Notes under the pieces: generated by a model
Database searches by the model: none
What the model saw: only the letters and a program-made list of their open reading frames with translations
What the model was told of the DNA's origin: nothing
Made by a program: the position numbers and the translations under genes
Source: a virus
Strand: one strand, 5' to 3'
Length of the DNA stretch: 64,000 nt
Virus record (IMG/VR): IMGVR_UViG_3300027779_000018
Location: 1 to 64,000 of that record
Shown: positions 45,235 through 54,812 of the stretch, one piece after another
Position numbering within the stretch: the stretch's first letter is position 1
Layout of the letters: every line of letters begins with the position of its first letter

Positions 45235-47208
45235 TTAATTTGCGTATTGCAATGTATGGTCTTGGTCAGTGGTAACTTGGTGGCCAATAACTGTTTGACC
45301 CCCAGTCACAATTGAAGAATTATCAGCAATTGATGAGGTATTAATGTTGTTCATATTCAATTCTTTTCTTTCTCTTGCATCTTCGGTAGCGTTTGCTAAA
45401 TCATCTCCACCACTAACAGTTTCTTTCACTGCTTTCCAACCTTTGCTTAAGTTAGTTTCAACTTCAATGGAATTGTCCATTAGCGCTTGGTCAATAACTG
45501 CTTGAGAGTTCTCACCCCCTACAACGGCTTCCCCTAAGTCAGTAGCCATGTCATCACCTGCTTTACCACCTAGAAGACCACCTACAATTGCACCACCAAC
45601 TCCACCAAGGAAACCACCTATTGCAGTTCCTATGCCGGGCCCGAAGAAAGAACCAATAAATGCACCAGCTTTAGCACCAGCGGCTCCACCTGCGAGGGCC
45701 CCTGCGAACGCACCAGTAGCTTTACCAGTTGAACCCACTAAATTAGCTTCATGAGCAGTTTCGAGTTTTTCAAATTCATCATCAGACATGTCTCTCATCT
45801 CACCATCGGCACCTTTAATTTTGAGTGTTCCTGCTTCTCTTTGTTTCTTAAGTGCTTCAAACTTAGACATTTGTTCATCTACGTCAACGGCACCTTCTAC
45901 AACTGCACCGATGATCGGTAACTTTTTAACTATAGCACCTAAACCTTTTTTAAGACCACTCCACATTCCACCTGATTTAGCAACTTCTTTAACAACATCA
46001 TCACCGGCTTTTAAACCTTGTCCTTGTCCTTTAAATCGTTTGTCGGGTGTGCCATCTGCTTTTAATTTGACACCTTTAGGCACTTTGTCCATCTTCGGTT
46101 TTGGTGGGAAGAGTTTAGAAAATCTATTTTGTAACCCTTTCCAACCTTTAGCAACCATGTCAGCGCCTGACTGAATAACTTTACCAGCACCCTCAATAGC
46201 CTTCTTTACTGCGGTAGCTGCACCAGTAAATGCGCCTGCCTCAAACGCAGCCAAAATCAGACCAATTGCGGCCCCAATTGCTATAATGGGTAATAAAATA
46301 CCAGCAGATATCAAGAGCAATGAAGTAGTGATACCCAACAATAAGAAGCCAAGTCTTTTCGATATCTTCTCTAGTGTTCCAGTATTATCCTCTTGTTGAT
46401 CTATGCCATCCTGCTGACCTTCCAATCGTTCCTCATCCATTTCTAAACTTTTATTCATGAAACCACCCAACTTTTTAATTGGGGTAGCAAGAAAACCAAC
46501 CACATCCTTAGCTGCTGACCATTGTTTTGTAATTGCATCTAGGGGCGCAGCGATATCAACGAGACCACCAGTCATGGTTTTTATACCAGCAGTGAATTTA
46601 TCAAACCCATCACTGTTGTTGGCCTCTTCCATCTGTTTGAGTTTCTCATCGTTTATTTCTTTGGCAGCTAACTGATATTTTTCTGATTCCTTTTCTTCAA
46701 TCTCAATTCTTTTATCTACACTAGATAGAATTTGTTCTTCTGTTTTTTTTCTTTTATCTTGTAACTCTTCAATAGATTTCATCTGATTATTAAGAGCTGC
46801 CCCCTGAAGCTTCGCACTCACTTCAATTTTATCAGCAATTTTTTTATCGAGCTCACCAAGTTTATTAGTCGATTTAAGTGCAGTTTCAAGTCTGTCTGTT
46901 CTTTCTTGTTCCAAGGTCTCTCGTATTTTGAGGGAGTCCTTAACAGCTTGATTAACTTTTATGAACTCAGAGTCGTTTTTAAATTTCTCTTGAACTTTTA
47001 GAGATTTACGAGCAGCTAGTGCAGACGCGAATGTATCAGAAGAGTTGTTAGCGATGTCAGCTGCAGCTTTAGCCACATCAACATTGATATCTTTTAAGTT
47101 ATTAATAACACCTTTAAATGCAGAAGGAAGCTTGGCACTAACCTTGGTTAATTCCTTAGTGTTCTTTAATATCTCTTTATTTTGATCTGCTACTGAGTCC
47201 TTGGCCAT
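45235..47208 (-). CDS. Tape-measure-like / baseplate hub protein
   Basis: Long helical coiled coil, TM segment, Gly/Ala-rich glycine zipper; downstream of gp26/gp51-like genes. Confidence 0.6.
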   Translation of the reverse strand: MAKDSVADQNKEILKNTKELTKVSAKLPSAFKGVINNLKDINVDVAKAAADIANNSSDTFASALAARKSLKVQEKFKNDSEFIKVNQAVKDSLKIRETLEQERTDRLETALKSTNKLGELDKKIADKIEVSAKLQGAALNNQMKSIEELQDKRKKTEEQILSSVDKRIEIEEKESEKYQLAAKEINDEKLKQMEEANNSDGFDKFTAGIKTMTGGLVDIAAPLDAITKQWSAAKDVVGFLATPIKKLGGFMNKSLEMDEERLEGQQDGIDQQEDNTGTLEKISKRLGFLLLGITTSLLLISAGILLPIIAIGAAIGLILAAFEAGAFTGAATAVKKAIEGAGKVIQSGADMVAKGWKGLQNRFSKLFPPKPKMDKVPKGVKLKADGTPDKRFKGQGQGLKAGDDVVKEVAKSGGMWSGLKKGLGAIVKKLPIIGAVVEGAVDVDEQMSKFEALKKQREAGTLKIKGADGEMRDMSDDEFEKLETAHEANLVGSTGKATGAFAGALAGGAAGAKAGAFIGSFFGPGIGTAIGGFLGGVGGAIVGGLLGGKAGDDMATDLGEAVVGGENSQAVIDQALMDNSIEVETNLSKGWKAVKETVSGGDDLANATEDARERKELNMNNINTSSIADNSSIVTGGQTVIGHQVTTDQDHTLQYAN

Positions 47209-47220
47209 TTATTTTTCTCT

Positions 47221-47604
47221 TTATTTTCCGAATGCTTTTCCAGCTTCTGATATACCGAATGCACCTAGTGTAACTACAACAAATGATGTGTAGATAGTTT
47301 CAGATACTTTCAAGTCCATATCAAATGCTAATGCTGTAACTAAATCTGTTATTCCAAACACGACCATCAATGCAAATGAAGTGAATCCTATGATTGCTTT
47401 TTCATTAACATCGTTATCATCTAAGAACAACATTCCAAATGTTCTCTTAGGTGGTTCAAGTTGATTTCGTGCTTTAACAGCATCTTCCTTCATCTCCTTG
47501 ATTCGATCTTCTTGGTCATCGAGTTTTTCGATAAGTGCCATGTACTTATCTAAATCTATTTCAACTTCATTGCCACCCGATTTCTTATCGTCATCGTCGC
47601 TCAT
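47221..47604 (-). CDS. Two-TM membrane protein
   Basis: DDNDVNEK.IIGF.SF...IYTSFVVVTLG.FGI. Confidence 0.7.
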   Translation of the reverse strand: MSDDDDKKSGGNEVEIDLDKYMALIEKLDDQEDRIKEMKEDAVKARNQLEPPKRTFGMLFLDDNDVNEKAIIGFTSFALMVVFGITDLVTALAFDMDLKVSETIYTSFVVVTLGAFGISEAGKAFGK

Positions 47605-47681
47605 TTTTATTCCTCTATATTAAAAATTAAAAAATCACTTCACCGACACATAATTAATCTATTACTATCATTTGATCGTAC

Positions 47682-47813
47682 CTACTGGTTACGAGCTTGT
47701 GTTTGTCTATCCTTTTCTTCCTCTAGCCAATTCAGCAACAGAGAAATGTATATCTCTCTTTCCCATGGTATCATACTTTCTAGTTCTGTTAAACTGTACT
47801 TATGATGTTGCAT
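47682..47813 (-). CDS. gp51-like baseplate hub assembly catalyst (short form)
   Basis: MQHHKYSLTELESMIPWEREIYISLL; the frame stays open upstream to a U8 run at the gp26-like stop. Confidence 0.75.
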   Translation of the reverse strand: MQHHKYSLTELESMIPWEREIYISLLLNWLEEEKDRQTQARNQ

Positions 47814-47866
47814 CAATTGAAAGTTAGTTTTATAATAGTTTACTAAACTTTCATGAGAAAGAGATA

Positions 47867-48571
47867 TTAAAAAAAATCTGATAGACCTCTAAGTGTTGAG
47901 GTATTTTTAGTACCACAAACATTACAGTCAAATTCCACCACCTCTTCAATGGTAGGAATTTGTTCGAAGAAGTCATTCAACTTCTCCATCTGATCTATTG
48001 TTAAACTCTCAATGAATTCAACAAGTTCTGCATCCTGAATTTCATCAGCTGTATATACAGTTTCTTCATCATATATACTTTCAATTCCGTATTTTAACAA
48101 CTCAACAATTCTATCACTTGTCTCTTTCGAGTCAACCATTGCTAATTGTTTGGTTGATGGATAACGAAGAGTGACACCTAGTGTATCGGATAGTGCAATT
48201 GTTGGGTCAACAACTTGGTCAGAGAATTTAACTTTAACTTCTGATAAATCAACTTCAACTTCTCCTGAACCTACACATCCTGTTTTATTACAGTACAATG
48301 CTACCTTAGTTGTTTCTCCTATCGACTTTGCTCTAATTTGTAAAAACAAATATTCCAAGTCAAAGATAGGTAGTTTATCCGAATCAACCTTTCCATCTGT
48401 AACAGCTGTAACTAAACTTTTAACTGCACCAAGAGTTTCCATGTTGTCTTGACTTTCTTTTGCAAGTAGCAAGTACTTTTGTTCTTTCACTAGAAAAGGT
48501 CGAAACTCAACTTCCCTTCCCCCGCTTAATTGACACTTAAACTTAGGTGCCTTTTGGATTGGTAATCCCAT
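47867..48571 (-). CDS. gp26: Baseplate hub assembly protein (gp26-like)
   Basis: FRPFLVKEQK.LL, FDLEYLFLQIRAKSIGE, Cys pairs, GLSDFF C-terminus. Confidence 0.88.
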   Translation of the reverse strand: MGLPIQKAPKFKCQLSGGREVEFRPFLVKEQKYLLLAKESQDNMETLGAVKSLVTAVTDGKVDSDKLPIFDLEYLFLQIRAKSIGETTKVALYCNKTGCVGSGEVEVDLSEVKVKFSDQVVDPTIALSDTLGVTLRYPSTKQLAMVDSKETSDRIVELLKYGIESIYDEETVYTADEIQDAELVEFIESLTIDQMEKLNDFFEQIPTIEEVVEFDCNVCGTKNTSTLRGLSDFF

Positions 48572-48590
48572 AATTTACTCCATATTGTAA

Positions 48591-49385
48591 TTAACCACCA
48601 CCACCGAATAAATTATTAATCTGTGTGGTTCTCGTATCTAGATTTGATAAAGTCTTGTTAAATTTTCCACCTTTACCAAATCGGTCTAATATTTTTCCAC
48701 CCTCTAATAGTGAATCTAATATTACTCGTCCTTTATTTAGTGCAGACCGTTCAGGTGCAGCCACATATTCTGACTCCCAATTCCTAAACGCAATCGTACA
48801 TGTAAATTTCATTATTTCGTCACTAGTTCCCCGATTCAACTCTTGAGGTTCAAACTTAATAGGGTATGCTTCATATAGATTAACCTTTAAGGCCTTCTTC
48901 CCATCCAGTCTATGTTGAATGATCTCAACTTTGCCAATGTAATCATCGTACCATGACATACTTGGATTAAGTACACTACCAGTTTCATCATTTGTAGTAC
49001 CTATAACATTTCCCTCTACATCTTTTTTCATAGTGGATGGTGCAGAACTGAATACTATTTGTTGCCATGCTTCAATGATTAATCTATCTGCAAAGTGTTG
49101 GTCACATATAAAGGTAAAATCCATTGAACCACCTGAACCATCTATTGTACCAGTTGGCATTTGTCTTACTTGACCATACTCAGAAAATGATTTAACTTCA
49201 AGTTCTCTGCCTGGCAATTGACATGATTCTAATCTTACACCCATTAATTTTGATTCGGTCAACACATCATTGGAAAAACTGTTTGGTAGAAAGAAGTTTG
49301 CATCGAAACGGTTCGGCCTTGCACCCGAATCAAAATTATATTTTAGTTCGTCTATACTGGTGCCTTTTCTTGTAAAAATTGACAT
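48591..49385 (-). CDS. Tail-tube-fold protein (gp19/gp54-like)
   Basis: GARPNRF, LPGR, W...Y.DY.G, LYEAYP, F...AFR.W. Confidence 0.75.
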   Translation of the reverse strand: MSIFTRKGTSIDELKYNFDSGARPNRFDANFFLPNSFSNDVLTESKLMGVRLESCQLPGRELEVKSFSEYGQVRQMPTGTIDGSGGSMDFTFICDQHFADRLIIEAWQQIVFSSAPSTMKKDVEGNVIGTTNDETGSVLNPSMSWYDDYIGKVEIIQHRLDGKKALKVNLYEAYPIKFEPQELNRGTSDEIMKFTCTIAFRNWESEYVAAPERSALNKGRVILDSLLEGGKILDRFGKGGKFNKTLSNLDTRTTQINNLFGGGG

Positions 49386-49951
49386 TAAAATTGTTTCCTA
49401 GATTCGGCATACACCGTGTTTGCATTAGTTCCTTTAAAATTTGAGGTTGGTAACATTGCAGCTACATCCCAATAATCTAAAGATATTTTCATTGGTTTTC
49501 TTATGATATGACTGTAGAGATATTTCTTAATACAGGGTTTTGCAAAACTTAATCTACTTACCTTCTGTATGTAATGATATTCTGCAAACACACCCTCATC
49601 CTTATTCTTTATCTTATATAATTCTTCTAACAACAAAGTTCTATGTCTTGGAGCAATGTAGTGTAAGTTCAACCCATAGAAACTATCTATAGGACTAATG
49701 TCAAATGGAATTACTAGTGGAAATCTATCCCAGTATGGTAATTTCTTTTTTGTTTTTGCATCATAGAACATCATGTACATGTTACCTTCTATGAGTTGAG
49801 AGGTCTTAGTACCCTCTTGATATAGGCTATCCCTTATCATGGGTTTATAGATATTTCTAATTTGTGTTCTAAACCATTCTAAAGATTCTTGAGAATGCAC
49901 CCTGATTTCAGCGGGTTTTAGTTTTGTTAGGTTTTCGAATAAATCTGCCAT
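49385..49951 (-). CDS. gp2: DNA end protector protein (gp2)
   Basis: YDAKTK.KLPYWDRFPL, GLNLHY, CIKKYL. Confidence 0.9.
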   Translation of the reverse strand: MADLFENLTKLKPAEIRVHSQESLEWFRTQIRNIYKPMIRDSLYQEGTKTSQLIEGNMYMMFYDAKTKKKLPYWDRFPLVIPFDISPIDSFYGLNLHYIAPRHRTLLLEELYKIKNKDEGVFAEYHYIQKVSRLSFAKPCIKKYLYSHIIRKPMKISLDYWDVAAMLPTSNFKGTNANTVYAESRKQF

Positions 49952-49965
49952 ACTACTATTTATAC

Positions 49966-50397
49966 TCAGGTGAGGTGATCTTCCGTCAATATCCTGAAAA
50001 CAAATTTACGATTTTTACAATATTCTTCTGCAGCCTTGAACTTTGCTTGGTTAACAGCATAAGTTGCTACCTCATTTAGGTATCTCTTGGTTTTTCTTTG
50101 GGGTGTTTTGGGGGGTTTACATTGTCTTTTAGGTTTTACTTCAATGATTTCATGGACTGATTTACCCATAGTGTCTACTTTCTTGATATAGAAGTCAGGA
50201 AAGTAACGATGTGTTCGGTTATCTATGGGAGATATGTACGGTATTACGACTTCTTCACTGTTCCATTCAACAATACTGGGGTTCTTATCACAATATAACA
50301 TGAATCTTCTCTCCCACAGAGATCGATAGAAGACCTTTGTGGGGTCTCCTTTGTATTTTTTATAATTCTTTGGTGTAAACCTACCTTTATAAGACAT
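49966..50397 (-). CDS. gp4: Head completion nuclease (gp4)
   Basis: YKGDP...YRSLWE, W.SEE..IPY, HRYFPDF, IEVKP, NQAK. Confidence 0.92.
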   Translation of the reverse strand: MSYKGRFTPKNYKKYKGDPTKVFYRSLWERRFMLYCDKNPSIVEWNSEEVVIPYISPIDNRTHRYFPDFYIKKVDTMGKSVHEIIEVKPKRQCKPPKTPQRKTKRYLNEVATYAVNQAKFKAAEEYCKNRKFVFRILTEDHLT

Positions 50398-50441
50398 AAA
50401 TAATAAAAACTCTAATAACTTCTTTCAGGTATTTATAATCC

Positions 50442-51557
50442 ATGGGAACAATCAGTAAAATTCTAGGTAAGATCAACAAGGCAAAGTCTGCAATCAATTC
50501 GTTGAAAGGCATCGGTGCTAAACTTGAAAGTCTCAACTACACAAGTCAAGTTGACAAACTTGGAGAACAAGCAGAATATGCACAACAGATTCTAAAAGAT
50601 CGTAGAGCTTCCTTGGCGGCATCCATGGATTCTGCAAACAAAAGAAGGGACTTAGCAAAAGCCAGTCCTAAATCAGTGCAAGAAGAGTTGATATATCCAG
50701 TTAATGATTTATTACCTAACTATATTGTTTTTACTACTAGACCTAGAAAAAAAAGAGTTGGTGTAAATAATCTTTTAGCTGACTCATCTACTGAGATTAT
50801 GTTATATGTTCCCGATGGAATTACCAGTGATTCAACAGTATCATTCCAGTCACAGGGTGTTAGTAAAAGGGGCAAAAATATAATGCGTGCCATTGATGGA
50901 ATGCAGTCAGCCACTACTATAGGACAGAAGTTTGATAAAGGAAAGGATGTTGTGCTGGGGGTGGTGGAAGATCAGCTGGTTACCATGGGTAATGCCCTAA
51001 CAGATAATGTGAGTAATATCAGAGCTGGTAGAGCAGTCAACCCTATGAAAGAACAAATGTTAGATGGAGTCGATTTTAGAAGTTTTGATTTTGATTATGA
51101 GTTCTGGCCAAAGAACGAAATGGAAGCAATTATGGTCAATAAAATTATATGGACATTTAGAACTGCAATGTTACCTGATACTTTTGGTGCTACAACTGAT
51201 GGTGAGATTGAAAACTACTATAACTACCCTAACATATTTGATGTAGAATTTGAAGGAGAGTTAGCAGGAAAAATAGATGGGTTCTTACCTATGGTTTGTA
51301 CTGGATGTTCAGTTGACCATTTTAATGGTAATAAAGTTTCCACATTTGCAAATGGTCAACCAGTATCTACATCAATGAAATTAAGTTTCTCAGAAATTAA
51401 AGTTCTTTCTCAAGAATCATATCAACAGATTTCTCCATTAGGGAACAAAAATATCGGTTCGGACAGAACTAGTCTAATCAACGAAACTCAGACAGAAACG
51501 GATATTACAAGGTCGGCCGGTATAAAACCCCCCACGCAAACAGGAACAGGTGGATAA
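50442..51557 (+). CDS. gp48: Baseplate tail-tube cap (gp48-like)
   Basis: NP..E...GVDFRSF.F...F.PKN..EA...II..FR..M.P; L.FSE. Confidence 0.82.
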   Translation: MGTISKILGKINKAKSAINSLKGIGAKLESLNYTSQVDKLGEQAEYAQQILKDRRASLAASMDSANKRRDLAKASPKSVQEELIYPVNDLLPNYIVFTTRPRKKRVGVNNLLADSSTEIMLYVPDGITSDSTVSFQSQGVSKRGKNIMRAIDGMQSATTIGQKFDKGKDVVLGVVEDQLVTMGNALTDNVSNIRAGRAVNPMKEQMLDGVDFRSFDFDYEFWPKNEMEAIMVNKIIWTFRTAMLPDTFGATTDGEIENYYNYPNIFDVEFEGELAGKIDGFLPMVCTGCSVDHFNGNKVSTFANGQPVSTSMKLSFSEIKVLSQESYQQISPLGNKNIGSDRTSLINETQTETDITRSAGIKPPTQTGTGG

Positions 51558-51559
51558 CC

Positions 51560-52279
51560 ATGGCAAACGAATTATTTAAAAACTTCCCACAATTACAGTA
51601 CACTCTTAACACTGGTAAGATTGTTACTATTAAGGATTTCTTCCGTAAAGTACAGGTTGAAAAGTCTGCGCAAGATAGTCTAATTGATTATGAAAAATAT
51701 GAAATATTAGATGGAGAACGACCCGATGTAGTTGCAGCTAAACTTTATGGTAATGGTGATTTACATTGGACTATTTTTCTAGTCAATGAGTTTACAAACT
51801 ATTATGATTGGCATATGGATTTTCAAACCTTTCAAACATATATAACTGCAAAATTTCCTGGCCAAAGTCTAACTGCCTTAAACACCACTGATATAGTTTC
51901 GTCCTCAAGTAAGTTTTTAATTGGTGAGGAATGTACATCTAACCTAGGAAATACTGGAAGTGTAACACAAGTAGAACCAACATATAGTAGAATCAGTATA
52001 GAAGGTGCAGATACCTTTGCAGCTGGAGAGACGGTTACAGGTAGTAGAAGTGGTAAATCATTTGTAATACAATCTGTTACTGAACATAGAGACTCAGCTC
52101 ATCATTATAAAGATGCAGACGGTAACCGAAGGAATAACGGTGGTACTGGGTGGACTGCAGTATCTAACTTCATCGAAGAGTCAGAAGACAATGAAAGGAA
52201 AAGGAATATTAAAATTATTAGACCCAATAAAATCAAAACTGTTGTAGCAGAATTTGAACGACTGATGGCAAATGAGTAA
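51560..52279 (+). CDS. gp53: Baseplate wedge subunit (gp53-like)
   Basis: DGERPDVVA.KLYG..LHW; NE.KR.IKII. Confidence 0.87.
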   Translation: MANELFKNFPQLQYTLNTGKIVTIKDFFRKVQVEKSAQDSLIDYEKYEILDGERPDVVAAKLYGNGDLHWTIFLVNEFTNYYDWHMDFQTFQTYITAKFPGQSLTALNTTDIVSSSSKFLIGEECTSNLGNTGSVTQVEPTYSRISIEGADTFAAGETVTGSRSGKSFVIQSVTEHRDSAHHYKDADGNRRNNGGTGWTAVSNFIEESEDNERKRNIKIIRPNKIKTVVAEFERLMANE

Positions 52280-53747
52280 TTATAAAGCAGGTGAATTTCA
52301 AACTGAAGCAATCCACATAGTCAATCAAGAGGGTGATACCTTAGACATTAGTGGAAGTGTTGCAAACTTTCGTCTGTATGAAAGTATTCATAAAAAGTTT
52401 GTTACAGGAGATGTTTCGATAATTGACGGTTTGAACCTATTAAAGAACTTTAGGTTTACTGGTCAGGAATTCATCCGTATATCAATTCGTCAAAAAGAAG
52501 GTGCTGGAGATGACGGAGCTAATGAGTTTGCTATTAATAAGGACTCCATTAATAAGACATTTAGAATCTTCAAGGCTACATCTGTAGAACGAATTAAAGA
52601 TGCAGTACAAACATACCAACTCAAAATTTGTGATCCTTCCTTGTTTTCTGCAAGACGAACACGACTTAGTAAAGTCCTCACAGGTTCTTACAGTGATATG
52701 TTAGGTGAAGTGATGTTAAATCATTGTCATGTTAAAAAAGAAGAGATTGATAATTGGGAAGCTAGTGTTCCACCTAACCAACAGTTTATTGTACCTAACT
52801 GGAACATCTCTAAGTTTATTGATTATGTCTGTATGAATGCAAACATCGGGCCAACAGCATCATACAGGAATGGGATGTTTTTCTACCAAACACTAAATGG
52901 TGGATTTAGATTTAGATCAGTTGACACGATGTTTGGGGAAGAGTTCCCAATATCTTTTTCATACTTACCATTGTCATCAGAAAGTACAGAAAATATTCAT
53001 ATCAATGCACCTGGCGGATTAAACTCTCAGATTCAAGGAATTACTCGCCCTCAAATGTTTGATTCACTTAAGGGAACAATGGGTGGTGCATATGCTTCAA
53101 GTGCAAAGGTGTACGATCCAATTAGAAAACTCGAAGAAGATATCAACTACGATATGGAAGAAACCTTTGCACGAAGTAAATTGCATGTCTCAGGATATCC
53201 TATGACAAGAACAAGTAAGATGTTGCAGAATAACCAAGAAAGAATGTTATCTACTAACAATATGCAAGATAAAAATGTGAGTCCTACAGTTAATGAAATA
53301 GGTGTTGATCTTCCCCCAAACAAATCAAACACAGCTGTAGTTGTTTATGATTACACTACTAACCACGATTTTGATGATAGTAAAGACATCTCAACCAATT
53401 CACCTTTTAGTGGAACTACCTTTAAGACCAATGGACTTCTAGAGAGACGAGCATTACTTGAAATATTTCAACAACATAGAATTACAGTAACCATACCATT
53501 AAGAACAGATTTATCAGTAGGCACTGTCATAGATTTAAATATACCTGAACCTGAACTATATGATGACTCTAGTTCCCCGAAGGATAAAATTAATGACCAT
53601 AGATATCTAATTATTAATTTATGTGTTAATGCAAACCCAATTCAAAGATCGGGTACTTTAGATTTGGAGTGTGTTAAAGAAAGTTATGCGAAAGATATAT
53701 CAAAGGCAACTCCACTAGCTGATGCAAGTCGTGGGGAAGAAGTATAA
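52272..53747 (+). CDS. Baseplate hub protein (gp27-like)
   Basis: Position between gp53 and gp5; YESI, FFYQT..GF.F, VG..I.L pattern. Confidence 0.6.
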   Translation: MSNYKAGEFQTEAIHIVNQEGDTLDISGSVANFRLYESIHKKFVTGDVSIIDGLNLLKNFRFTGQEFIRISIRQKEGAGDDGANEFAINKDSINKTFRIFKATSVERIKDAVQTYQLKICDPSLFSARRTRLSKVLTGSYSDMLGEVMLNHCHVKKEEIDNWEASVPPNQQFIVPNWNISKFIDYVCMNANIGPTASYRNGMFFYQTLNGGFRFRSVDTMFGEEFPISFSYLPLSSESTENIHINAPGGLNSQIQGITRPQMFDSLKGTMGGAYASSAKVYDPIRKLEEDINYDMEETFARSKLHVSGYPMTRTSKMLQNNQERMLSTNNMQDKNVSPTVNEIGVDLPPNKSNTAVVVYDYTTNHDFDDSKDISTNSPFSGTTFKTNGLLERRALLEIFQQHRITVTIPLRTDLSVGTVIDLNIPEPELYDDSSSPKDKINDHRYLIINLCVNANPIQRSGTLDLECVKESYAKDISKATPLADASRGEEV

Positions 53748-53748
53748 C

Positions 53749-54810
53749 ATGAAAACATATTACGGAATAGTTGAAGATAGACAAGACCCACTTAAGATAG
53801 GTAGGGTTCGTGTTCGTGTGCATGGTATTCATACTGATAAGAAAGATGAAATTGCAACACCCGACCTTCCATGGGCCCAAGTGATTCTTCCTACTACCTC
53901 TGCAGGGTTGTCAGGATTTGGAACACAACACGGACTTGTGGAAGGGTCTACGGTGTTGTTATTTTTCAGAGATGGTGATCTATGTCAACAACCAGTTATT
54001 ATGGGTTCAGCTGCAGGAATACCTCAAGCTGGTTATAGGGAGACTGCAACGGATGAAATGTTGACTCGTCAAGTAGATCGAGGATTTAATGATCCTAGAC
54101 AACTTACAGTAGCAGATTACAATGACACCCCCGATGGCCCGAACCCCGATCATTTTCCACAAAGGGGACATGGTCTAACTTCTTCACTGAAAGAAGCACC
54201 TAAAATTTATGAATCTAGAGGTATTAGTTACATAGGGAAGGGGTCTTCAATTGAAGAACCTACACTTACCGAAAAACAGTTACCCTACTATCCTCTATAC
54301 ACGGATAAGTCAGATTTATCTGCACTCGCTGATACTACGGATGAAACAGGTCTTCATGCAGGAAGAGATATACCTAAAGACCTTCTTCCTAGTAAAAAGG
54401 AAATAAAATCTCCTGCTAAACCAGTCTACCCATACAACAAAGTTATACAGTCAGAGTCAGGTCATGTTATAGAGATGGATGATACACTAGGTGCTGAACG
54501 ACTTGCAATAGAACATAGGTCAGGAACTTTTCAGGAGATTCATCCTGATGGCTCTATGGTGACTAGAGTTGTAAATGATAACTATACTATTATTTGTAGG
54601 AACGAAGAAGTACTCATTGGTGGAAAGGTTAACATTAAAGTTCTAGGTGATGCGAAGGTTGAGGTCATCGGTGGACTTGAACTTAAATCTTTTAGTGATG
54701 CTAAGATTGATATTGTGGGTAAACTCGACATTGAAGCTGGTGGAAATATAACCTTAAAATCTGGCAAAGGTGTAATAGTAAAAGCACCTAAATTTAGACC
54801 GAACTCTTAA
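53749..54810 (+). CDS. gp5: Baseplate spike gp5-like (no lysozyme domain)
   Basis: OB-fold GIVEDRQDPL..GRVRVR..G.H, LPWA; YPYNKV..SESGH..E.DDT; C-terminal beta-helix repeats. Confidence 0.88.
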   Translation: MKTYYGIVEDRQDPLKIGRVRVRVHGIHTDKKDEIATPDLPWAQVILPTTSAGLSGFGTQHGLVEGSTVLLFFRDGDLCQQPVIMGSAAGIPQAGYRETATDEMLTRQVDRGFNDPRQLTVADYNDTPDGPNPDHFPQRGHGLTSSLKEAPKIYESRGISYIGKGSSIEEPTLTEKQLPYYPLYTDKSDLSALADTTDETGLHAGRDIPKDLLPSKKEIKSPAKPVYPYNKVIQSESGHVIEMDDTLGAERLAIEHRSGTFQEIHPDGSMVTRVVNDNYTIICRNEEVLIGGKVNIKVLGDAKVEVIGGLELKSFSDAKIDIVGKLDIEAGGNITLKSGKGVIVKAPKFRPNS

Positions 54811-54812
54811 TT

